64,000 bases of DNA from an uncultured Myxococcales bacterium (GTDB taxonomy: Bacteria > Myxococcota_A > Bradymonadia > UBA4248). Both the position numbers and the translations under genes were made by a program. Position 1 is the stretch's first letter; every line of letters starts with the position of its first letter. Below, one piece after another: positions 56,076-64,000 of this stretch. The DNA lies in the NCBI GenBank assembly GCA_964454015.1, contig CAYVQF010000030.1, positions 420-64,419 on the forward strand. Direction: 5' to 3'. Under the pieces are notes generated by a model that saw only the letters and a program-made list of their open reading frames with translations, did not search any database and had not been told where the DNA came from.

Positions 56076-57044
56076 ATGGGACGTATTTACGATGACAACA
56101 GCTTGTCCATTGGACGAACACCGATGGTACGTTTACAGCGCTTGACCCAGGGCCTCGGGGCTCAGGTACTGGTCAAGATCGAGGGGCGCAACCCGGCCTA
56201 TTCGGTGAAGTGTCGCATCGGTGCCGGCATGATCTGGGATGCCGAATCGCGCGGTCTTTTGGTACGTGGATCCAAGGACATCACGGTGGTGGAGCCGACG
56301 AGCGGGAACACGGGCATTGCCCTGGCTTTTGTCTGTGCGGCACGCGGCTATCCTCTGATCCTCACCATGCCCGAGACCATGTCGGTGGAGCGCCGCCGCA
56401 TGCTGCGCGCTTTTGGCGCTGAGGTGCTTTTGACCGATGGGGCCAAAGGGATGTCTGGCGCCATCGCCCGGGCCGAGGAGCTGGTCGAGAACGATCCCCA
56501 ACGTTTCTTCATGCCGCAGCAGTTCAACAATCCGGCAAACCCGGCCATTCACACCCAGACCACGGGTCCAGAGATCTGGGACGACACGGAGGGCAACGTC
56601 CACGTCTTCGTCGCCGGCGTGGGAACGGGCGGGACCATCACGGGGGTGAGTCGCTATATCAAAGAGATCCAGGGGCACGGGCTGCATTCCGTCGCCGTGG
56701 AGCCCGCGAACTCGCCGGTCCTCACCCAATTGCGGGCGGGTCAGGCCGTGCAGCCAGGCAAGCACATCATCCAAGGGATAGGCGCAGGCTTCAAGCCGGG
56801 CGTCCTCGACTTGAACCTGGTCGACGAGATCCAGACGGTGGAGAACGACGAAGCCCTAGAGATGGCCCTGCGTCTGCAACGCGAAGAGGGGATGAGCGTG
56901 GGTATCTCCAGCGGCGCCAACGTGAGCGTCGCCCTGCGCCTCGCGGCCCAGCCCGAATGGGCCGGCAAGACCATCGTGACGGTGTTGCCCGATGCGGGCG
57001 AGCGCTATATGTCCACGGCCCTCTTCCAAGACATTCCGGCCTGA
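56076..57044 (+). CDS. cysK: Cysteine synthase A
   Basis: [48 protein letters not shown]. Confidence 0.95.
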   Translation: MGRIYDDNSLSIGRTPMVRLQRLTQGLGAQVLVKIEGRNPAYSVKCRIGAGMIWDAESRGLLVRGSKDITVVEPTSGNTGIALAFVCAARGYPLILTMPETMSVERRRMLRAFGAEVLLTDGAKGMSGAIARAEELVENDPQRFFMPQQFNNPANPAIHTQTTGPEIWDDTEGNVHVFVAGVGTGGTITGVSRYIKEIQGHGLHSVAVEPANSPVLTQLRAGQAVQPGKHIIQGIGAGFKPGVLDLNLVDEIQTVENDEALEMALRLQREEGMSVGISSGANVSVALRLAAQPEWAGKTIVTVLPDAGERYMSTALFQDIPA

Positions 57045-57214
57045 ACGCTTCAGGCACCGAAAAAGTTGAGTCCTGAGCCTTGGCACGGTAAAAAAGGACG
57101 GCGCGCCTGTGACGACCTGAGTCGATCGCTGGCGCGTTGTCTTTTTCCGCATCCCTGGCGCCGTCGGACGCCGCGCAAAGGGAGCGCTACTCATCAAGAA
57201 GAAGGAGCACCCCG

Positions 57215-57790
57215 GTGATCCCCAAGATGCCCAAATGGGAATGGCGCGCTTTTGGCCCTGACCTCAGCCTCGTAGAAGACAAGCTGGCGGCGTTGCCCGT
57301 GCTGGCGAGCATGGAGCGGCAGGAGACGCTCATCGTCTCGAAATGCAGTGAAGCCTTCTGCATGCTGCGCGAAGATGCGCTCCATCTCTGGCAAACACTG
57401 AGCAGAGACGGGGTGCTGGTCCAGTGGGATGAGGAGCTGGTCCTCCCCTTCCCCCTGACAGAGGCCCAGATCGCTCAGGTCTTTCGCGCTTGGGGACTGG
57501 AGACACCTCAGGTCGACGGGGGCGAGCTGCCGGCAGAGCTCTTCATGATGATCTTGGTCGGTGGCTCAGAGGAGCTCAAGACCGTGGACTGCCAGTCCTC
57601 CAGCCGCGTGTACCGCATCGACGGCGCTGAGGTGGTGCAGGCCATTCTCCACCTCGACGGTGAGGCGGTGCGCTCCCTCTCGGTGTCCCATGACGACGCG
57701 ACGGCCGTGCGTGACGTCGTGGCGCGCTTGGGGTTGCGCGGTGCCGGCTCGAGCTTCAGGGCCTTCCTCGCTGCGGTCGCGCCGTGGTAG
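57215..57790 (+). CDS. Hypothetical protein, possibly CYTH-like
   Basis: AAGGAG RBS + GTG start; PKWEWRAFG N-terminal motif; overlaps the ppx start. Confidence 0.55.
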   Translation: MIPKMPKWEWRAFGPDLSLVEDKLAALPVLASMERQETLIVSKCSEAFCMLREDALHLWQTLSRDGVLVQWDEELVLPFPLTEAQIAQVFRAWGLETPQVDGGELPAELFMMILVGGSEELKTVDCQSSSRVYRIDGAEVVQAILHLDGEAVRSLSVSHDDATAVRDVVARLGLRGAGSSFRAFLAAVAPW

Positions 57791-58737
57791 CTGACCATGG
57801 GGAAGGCTCGGCGCACCCGCGCGCACCGTTGGTCGCGGCGCTGGACGTCGGCTCCAACTCCATCCTCATGTTGGTAGCGCGTCGCGGGCTCGATGGGACG
57901 CTGCACCCGATGGTGGATACGGGTGAAATCTGCCAGTTGGCGCGGGGGATGACCCAGGGTCGCCTGGCTGAGGCGTCCATGCAACGCGCCTTGGCCACCT
58001 TGTCGCGTTTGCTGGGCCAGGGACGCGCCCTCGGTGTCTCCCAGTGGGCCGCCGTCGGGACCAAAGCGCTGAGGACGGCCACTAACGCCGCAGACTTTCT
58101 CACGGCGGCGCGCCGCCTGGGGATCGACATCGAGGTCATCAGCGGCCACGAAGAAGCGCGCCTGGGCTTCTTGGGCGCCGCCTCCGGCCTCAAACAAGAA
58201 GCCCAGGCGCGCTCTGCAACCTTCGACATTGGCGGAGCCTCCACAGAGCTCGCCCTTGGCCAGGGACAGCGCCTGGACCAGTGGCAGAGCTTCGACGTGG
58301 GCGCTGTCGCGGCGCATGAAGCCTACCTCGCCGGCCAAGACCCGCCCCTGCCAACTGCGGCCGCCACCCTCTCGACCCACCTCCATAGCCTCTTTCGCCC
58401 CCTCCACACCCTCACCGTGACGGACATCGTCGGGATTGGCGGCACCGTCACCACCCTCGCCTGTATCGCCCGCGCCATCCATCCCTTCTCGCCCTCCGCC
58501 ATCGATGGCCTGTGCCTCGGCGCCCAGGAAATCAACACCTGGTCCCAACGCCTCCTCCACATGAATCTCGAGACGCGCCGCGCCCTCCCCGGCATGCCGC
58601 CGGAACGCGCCGAGGTCCTGCCCGCAGGCCTGCTCATCCTGCAACACCTCCTCACCGCCCTGCGCCTCGACACCTGCCGCGTCAGCACCCGCGGACTGCG
58701 CCATGGCCTGCTCCAAGAGCGCTTCGCTTCAGCCTGA
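57784..58737 (+). CDS. ppx: Ppx/GppA family phosphatase (short form)
   Basis: ALDVGSNS, ISGHEEARL, DIGGASTE, GIGGT, GLRHG. Confidence 0.88.
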   Translation: MVADHGEGSAHPRAPLVAALDVGSNSILMLVARRGLDGTLHPMVDTGEICQLARGMTQGRLAEASMQRALATLSRLLGQGRALGVSQWAAVGTKALRTATNAADFLTAARRLGIDIEVISGHEEARLGFLGAASGLKQEAQARSATFDIGGASTELALGQGQRLDQWQSFDVGAVAAHEAYLAGQDPPLPTAAATLSTHLHSLFRPLHTLTVTDIVGIGGTVTTLACIARAIHPFSPSAIDGLCLGAQEINTWSQRLLHMNLETRRALPGMPPERAEVLPAGLLILQHLLTALRLDTCRVSTRGLRHGLLQERFASA

Positions 58738-58782
58738 GACCAAGCAGCACGCGCGCCCCGGCCCATGCCCTAAGTACAAAAA

Positions 58783-58815
58783 CCCAATTGACAAAAATGT
58801 CAGTTGGGCTAGGCT
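58783..58815 (+). promoter_or_regulatory. Sigma-70 promoter with overlapping palindromic operator
   Basis: TTGACA-16 bp-TAGGCT; inverted repeat CCCAA.TGACA-N4-TGTCA.TTGGG. Confidence 0.55.
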
Positions 58816-58848
58816 CGACCCCTTGCCCGCTGGAGGGCTCTGGCGCAA

Positions 58849-59943
58849 ATGGATTGGGTGAGCATGCTTCATCATCGTTGCACTTTCTTCGTCGCCATCT
58901 TCTTCACCTGCGGCCTCGCCACCTCGGCCCACGCCGAGCTGACCCTCAAGTCAGATGAGGCCACGGCGCTCATCGGCGGTCGCACCCAGGTCGGCTACGT
59001 GGCGCAGCCCCACGCACGGGCTGACGATCGCAGCAACAACCGCTTTCTCAGCAAACAGACGCGCCTCGAACTGACCGTCGAGGCCTGGGAAGACTTCAGC
59101 GGTAACTTCGTCATCGATCTCTTCGGTGCCCGGGGACTCCCAGGCGCCAAGGATGTCTGGGTCGCCTGGGCACCCCTGCGCTGGCTCTCCCTCAAGCTCG
59201 GCCAGTTCAAGCCCCCCGTCTCCCGCCAACGCGTCGTCTCCGGCCGCGACACCCTCTTCTCCGATCGCCCGACGGTGATCAACCGCCTGGCCCCCCCCCG
59301 CGAGATGGGGATGAGCGCCTCGTTCCTCTTTGACGAGCGCCGCTACCAGATCCACCTCGGCGCCTTCAACGGCCAGCGGGAGAACGTCCTCGTCGACGAC
59401 CGCGAAGGCTTCCCCCTCTTCACCTTCCGCTTCGAGGCCATGCCCCTCGGTGTCATGAATGCCGCCGAAGGCGCCCTGCCCTGGTCTGAAGACTTCCGCC
59501 TCCAGCTCGGCCTGTGGGGCACCTTCACCCGCGACGACTCCGCTCCCACCGCCGACGAAGACCCACGCACCTTGGAGAAGAGCCAGCTCGGTGCAGACCT
59601 GGCAATGCGCTACCAGGGCTTCTTCTTCAGCGCCGAAGGCAGCGCCCGCCGTTGGCGTGACGCCGCCGGCAACGACGGCATCGCCTGGGGCGCTTACGCC
59701 CAGGCCAGCTACCTCATCGAGGCCATCTATCTGGAGGCCGCCCTGCGCTTCTCCTACTACGATGAGCGCCTAGGACACGGGAAAAATAGCTGCCCCACCA
59801 TCAGCTACGGCCTCAACTACTACCCCTTCGGCTCCCACCTCCTCAAAGTGAACCTCGCCTACACTGACCACCTGCCGAGCCCCGACAGCGACGCCGACTG
59901 GGACGAAGACGAGCTCTCCATCATCGTCCAGTTGGCCTTCTAA
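58849..59943 (+). CDS. Outer-membrane porin, OprO/OprP-like
   Basis: Signal peptide, KLGQFKPP, GAFNG, alternating beta strands, C-terminal QLAF. Confidence 0.75.
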   Translation: MDWVSMLHHRCTFFVAIFFTCGLATSAHAELTLKSDEATALIGGRTQVGYVAQPHARADDRSNNRFLSKQTRLELTVEAWEDFSGNFVIDLFGARGLPGAKDVWVAWAPLRWLSLKLGQFKPPVSRQRVVSGRDTLFSDRPTVINRLAPPREMGMSASFLFDERRYQIHLGAFNGQRENVLVDDREGFPLFTFRFEAMPLGVMNAAEGALPWSEDFRLQLGLWGTFTRDDSAPTADEDPRTLEKSQLGADLAMRYQGFFFSAEGSARRWRDAAGNDGIAWGAYAQASYLIEAIYLEAALRFSYYDERLGHGKNSCPTISYGLNYYPFGSHLLKVNLAYTDHLPSPDSDADWDEDELSIIVQLAF

Positions 59944-59956
59944 GCAGGGGCCAGGC

Positions 59957-62029
59957 TCAGAACCACAGCGGCACGAAGGCCACCAGGATCAGCACCGAGA
60001 CCTTGATGGCGATGGGGAAGAGCACCCGCTCGTGGCGGTGCCAGAAGGTGTCCCGCTCGCTGCCAACGGGTCGGTACTCCTCCTCCCCGATGACCTGCCG
60101 GGTCAACAAGTGATTGAGCGCCACGGGCGGCGTCAGGTAGCCCAACTCAAAGGCGCACAGCACAGTGAGCCAGAAGTGCACCGGGACGATGCCGCTGGCG
60201 TAAGCCACGGCGGCCAAGGTGGACGAGACCAAGATCACCGCGCCATAGGGATCCATGCACATCCCGATGAAGACCAGCACCACCACCAGCACCAGCATGG
60301 CCATACTCGGCGAAGCAAAGGCTTGGGGCACATAGGCCATCAACTCGCCGCGCTCGATGATACCGCCCAGACAGATGGAGAGCCCCATGAGCGCCAGCAG
60401 CGCGCCCGTGTGAACGCTGGATTCGGACGTAGCATCGAAGAGGGAGCGGAAGAAGCCCGCCGGTCGCTCCGCCGGCGTCGCCGGTGCATCGGCAGCCGGT
60501 GCCGCGGCGGCTTTGCGGGCCTTGCCCTTGGCGTAGAAGCGGTCATAGAGGAGCATCGCCATGAGCACCACCGGCAGGATCAGAGGCGCCGAGTGCTCGT
60601 CGAAGGGCGTCTCCAGGCGAATGTGGAAAAAGAGAATGACCAAGGCACCCACGATCCCATAGGGGATGAGACGCGCCAGGGCGCGAGCGCTCTGGGGCAG
60701 GGCCTCCCGTACCGGAGCCAAGGTAAAGGGGCCGCGCCGGACGATGAGACAACCGATGAGGAAGATGACCAGATTGAGGGCAAAGACCCACAAACCTTTG
60801 TGGAACAACTCATCCGTGGTGACCTCTTTGTTGAGCGCGGCGACGATGACCACCAGCAAACAAGGCGAGAGCACCACGCCCATGGAGCCCGACATGGCCG
60901 TGGCTGCCTGGGCAAAGCCGCGCCGCGTGCCGGCCTGCCGCAGCTCGCGGTAGATGATGGCCCCAGCGGCGATGACGAAGATCCCCGAAGCGCCGCTGTA
61001 GGCGGTGGGGATGGCGGCAGCGCTCACCACGACAAAGGCCAGGATTTCTGGTGGCAGTTTCCACGGACGCACGATGGCGAAGGCGTGCTCCGCCAGTAAG
61101 GTGCGCTTGAGCAACATCCCGGTCCACACGTAGAGGCCGACGTTGATGTAGAGCAGGGCGTGCTCCGTGAGCTGGTCGAGGAAAATGGCGAGGCCGGCGA
61201 TGTGGTTCTCGATCAGACCGAAGTAGAGGCCCGTGATGATGGCCATGGCCACATAGAGGGGCACCCCCAGCAGGGTGCGCCCCCAGCTCGGCTCGGCATC
61301 GATGCGCGGCCGCGGCCGGATGAGGTGGGCCACGTTGACCACGGCCATGGCCGCAAAGCCCCCCAGCCACAACAAGGGGAGCTTGGAGACCTGCTCGATG
61401 CCCGCGCCCAGGTGGATCTGATGCAGGGTCCAGAAAGAATAGGCCAGCAGCAGGTTGGCGCCGAGCTGGAAGGCCTGGGTGATGCGATCGGGGCGACGCG
61501 ACGTGGCAGAGCGCAACGCAATGTGCGCGCGCCGCACCGTCGCCGTCAGGGCACAGAACATCATGAGGAGAACCAAGACGTGGCGGCTGTACTCGACGCC
61601 CACGTGCACCACCTCGGCGACGCCCGTCTCGATCCAGCGAAAACGCCGCAGGTTGCTCGACTGCAACGCCGTCTGGATGCGCTCGTAGGACGCGATGCGC
61701 TCGATACACAGCTCCCGAGCCGCAGCGATGGCGTCCTCCGACGGGCCCTCCTCGACCTCACCGAAGAGGGCGTCGAGGTCATCGAAGTCCTCTTCACTCA
61801 CCTCGGTGCCATGGTCCTCCTCGGCGCCGATGGCGTCGGGATCGCAGTCCGGAGGCGGTGGATCCGTGCGAAACTCACGATAACCCGGCCAGTGGTGCTC
61901 ACCCGACTGCAAGAGCTGGTTGTGGATCTTGCCAGCCGTGCCGTAAAAGATGACCGCAAGCAGCAGCAGCAATACGGGTAAACCTGTGAGCATCCAGGTG
62001 AGCAGAGCCTTCTTGCCAACTTGCGCCAC
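59957..62029 (-). CDS. TRAP transporter fused large permease (DctM-type)
   Basis: GGAGG + GTG start; TAYSGASGIFV, GMCMDPYGAV, FELGYLTPPVALN. Confidence 0.85.
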   Translation of the reverse strand: MAQVGKKALLTWMLTGLPVLLLLLAVIFYGTAGKIHNQLLQSGEHHWPGYREFRTDPPPPDCDPDAIGAEEDHGTEVSEEDFDDLDALFGEVEEGPSEDAIAAARELCIERIASYERIQTALQSSNLRRFRWIETGVAEVVHVGVEYSRHVLVLLMMFCALTATVRRAHIALRSATSRRPDRITQAFQLGANLLLAYSFWTLHQIHLGAGIEQVSKLPLLWLGGFAAMAVVNVAHLIRPRPRIDAEPSWGRTLLGVPLYVAMAIITGLYFGLIENHIAGLAIFLDQLTEHALLYINVGLYVWTGMLLKRTLLAEHAFAIVRPWKLPPEILAFVVVSAAAIPTAYSGASGIFVIAAGAIIYRELRQAGTRRGFAQAATAMSGSMGVVLSPCLLVVIVAALNKEVTTDELFHKGLWVFALNLVIFLIGCLIVRRGPFTLAPVREALPQSARALARLIPYGIVGALVILFFHIRLETPFDEHSAPLILPVVLMAMLLYDRFYAKGKARKAAAAPAADAPATPAERPAGFFRSLFDATSESSVHTGALLALMGLSICLGGIIERGELMAYVPQAFASPSMAMLVLVVVLVFIGMCMDPYGAVILVSSTLAAVAYASGIVPVHFWLTVLCAFELGYLTPPVALNHLLTRQVIGEEEYRPVGSERDTFWHRHERVLFPIAIKVSVLILVAFVPLWF

Positions 62030-62304
62030 ACCAGCCTCCTGCAAGTGCATGAAAAAAAGCGACGACGCCGCGGTGACCACCACGCGCCAGCGAAGCGCTG
62101 GGCTGCTTTTTAGTCTTTTTCCAAGCCTCTGTCATGGGGCCAGGCGAATCGTGTCAGAGCGGCCACGGGTGGCTTGCCTCGACAGAAGAAAAGCCTTTAT
62201 CTTGGCGTCAGTGGACGCGGTTGCCGCCGGCCGCCCACAGGGAATGACCCCTAAGTCAATAAACTTTCTAACCATTCTCACCTGCACCACTGCGAGCCCC
62301 CCCC

Positions 62305-63441
62305 ATGAAGCCATCGCCTGCGCCGCCCTCCCCCTCTCCAACTCGCCTCGTCCTCGCCTTGGTGGTGGGCTTGCTCACCCCAGCCGCCCTCGGCGCCTGC
62401 TCCATGCAGAAACTGACGGGCAACACCATGGTGACTTACACCACGGACCACGTCTTCACTTACCTCATGGCCAGCGACGACCTGAACGCCGCCTGTGAGC
62501 TGGGAGTCTCCATGGGCGGCTTCCTCGAGTCCTTCGCCGCCGTCGATGTCAACCCCGACAAGGCGGCCATCACCTCCCAGGTCGCCGCCGGCATGTGCGC
62601 CGAGGCCCTGGCCTGGGAGCTGGCCCTGGAGCGGACCCGGGCCCTGGGCCGCGGTGACGCCACAGGGGCACAAGACGCCTTGATTCGCGAAAAAGAGGCC
62701 CATCGCTTGGCCGCCACCCGCAATTACGCCGCCTATCAGCGCGCCCTCGCCGCCTATGGCTCCCCTGACGCCGGCTGCCCCAAGTTCGGCAACCGCAATG
62801 ACGAGGTGCTCTACATGCTGGGGCTCTCCGCTGGCGCCCTGGCGCTACTCCACGACCAAAACGCCGACCGCAGCGCTGGCGTGCCCATGGACGTCCCGGT
62901 CTTGGTCGAGCGAGGTGCCGCGTGTTTGGATCCACAGCGCTGGTGGGGCGTACCCTTGGCGCTGCGCGCCGCGGTGTGGCTGAGTGTGCCCGGCCTCGGC
63001 GGCGATCGCGATCCCTGGGCCGCGCTGCACGAAGCCGCCACCCTGGGTGACGAGGCTGGCGTCAGCATGGCGCGCGCCCTCTTGGTGCAGAGCGCCCGCG
63101 CCGCTGGCCAGAAAGAACGGATGTGTGCGGCCCTGGCGGCGCAGGAAGAGGCCCTGCGCCAGACGCCGCGCGCCGACCCGTGGCGCCTCCTCGACCGCTA
63201 TGGGCAGGTGATGATGCGTTTCGAGAACGACATCACCTGGACCCAGGAGCGCGGCCACCGCGCGCCCTTTGGCCACTGGCAATGCCCCGCCGCGCCCGTG
63301 GTCATCGACGACGCCGACGCAGACGACCTCCTGGAGGGGCTCTTTGGACCCGATGAAGATGAACCCACGCCCGTAGAACCCGAGCTCCTCGACGATGCCA
63401 AAGCCGAGGCCGAAGGCGCGCCTGGCGCCGAGGCGCCCTGA
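62305..63441 (+). CDS. TRAP-associated lipoprotein (TatT-like)
   Basis: LGA-C lipobox, helical, DDL..AC motif; lies between the TRAP permease and the binding-protein gene. Confidence 0.6.
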   Translation: MKPSPAPPSPSPTRLVLALVVGLLTPAALGACSMQKLTGNTMVTYTTDHVFTYLMASDDLNAACELGVSMGGFLESFAAVDVNPDKAAITSQVAAGMCAEALAWELALERTRALGRGDATGAQDALIREKEAHRLAATRNYAAYQRALAAYGSPDAGCPKFGNRNDEVLYMLGLSAGALALLHDQNADRSAGVPMDVPVLVERGAACLDPQRWWGVPLALRAAVWLSVPGLGGDRDPWAALHEAATLGDEAGVSMARALLVQSARAAGQKERMCAALAAQEEALRQTPRADPWRLLDRYGQVMMRFENDITWTQERGHRAPFGHWQCPAAPVVIDDADADDLLEGLFGPDEDEPTPVEPELLDDAKAEAEGAPGAEAP

Positions 63442-63589
63442 GGCGGGCGCTCCCTCCCCCCATGCGCGTCGAGGTCGATGTGAGAATTTCGGTGAAGAAA
63501 TCTTGGCCACAGGGCGTCTGGAGGCCGCACTTTTTCGGAGCAGGGCCTGCGGGTACCCTCCGCCACAGCCAACAACCCATGAGGAGTGA

Positions 63590-64000
63590 ATGATGAAGTT
63601 GAGACAACCCAGGCAGCGCCCATGGTGGCCCCGTGCCCTGACCCTTCTGATCGTCCTGGGCCTGACGGCCTCCTTCAGCGCCAACGCGTGGGCGCAGAAG
63701 AAATCTCTCTGTGTCTTCGATGTCTCCGGTGCCAACGGCGACGCCTTCGCCATCATGAAGGACTACCAAGTGGCCGCCGCCGGTTGGGGCGTCGATTTCG
63801 AACTCAAGCCCTACACCAACGAGAAAACCGCCGCCGACGACTTCAAAGCCGGCAAATGTGACGCCGTCCTCCTCACGGGGCTGCGCGCGCGGACCTTCAA
63901 CAAGTTCTCCTCCACCCTCGAAGCCATGGGGGCCATCCCTAGCTATGACCTCCTCGAAAAAGCCATTGGCCTGCTCTCCGGCCCCAAGGCTGGGGACATG
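63590..64000 (+). CDS. TRAP-type solute-binding protein, AdeT/DUF6091-like (3'-truncated; not in the ORF track)
   Basis: GAGGAG RBS; signal peptide then LCVFDVSGANGD...LKPYTNEKTAADDFKAGKCDAV... Confidence 0.8.
   Translation, partial: MMKLRQPRQRPWWPRALTLLIVLGLTASFSANAWAQKKSLCVFDVSGANGDAFAIMKDYQVAAAGWGVDFELKPYTNEKTAADDFKAGKCDAVLLTGLRARTFNKFSSTLEAMGAIPSYDLLEKAIGLLSGPKAGDM

Overview
GC-rich bacterial chromosome segment. The gene content points to Myxococcota/deltaproteobacteria: many Cys-rich lipoproteins, two Ser/Thr kinases, PEGA/TPR proteins and DUF4139 lipoproteins. It probably spans the replication terminus. A good XerCD dif site lies at 31740-31767 inside a ~1.6 kb gene-free gap, where plus-strand composition flips from G/T-rich to A/C-rich and two different tandem-repeat arrays flank the site. 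Housekeeping genes include apbE, mntP, rlmD, gloB, ilvA, rlmI, panD, a Cys/Met lyase, lipA, tRNA-Leu(UAA), htpG, an OPT transporter, rrf2-cysK, ppx, a porin and a TRAP/TatT/AdeT-like transporter. The best candidates for undescribed biology are: (i) a protein combining an NHLP-like leader, an internal lipobox and a short C-terminal RGISPD motif; (ii) a tightly coupled DUF350-like/GspS-like ATP-grasp/unknown three-gene operon; (iii) a putative EndoU-like toxin-immunity pair; (iv) a kinase fused to DUF1707 and LiaF/Toastrack-like domains; (v) Cys-rich 'stalk + variable head' lipoproteins; (vi) a candidate pan RNA before panD. All family assignments come from motif recognition by eye; no database search was run.
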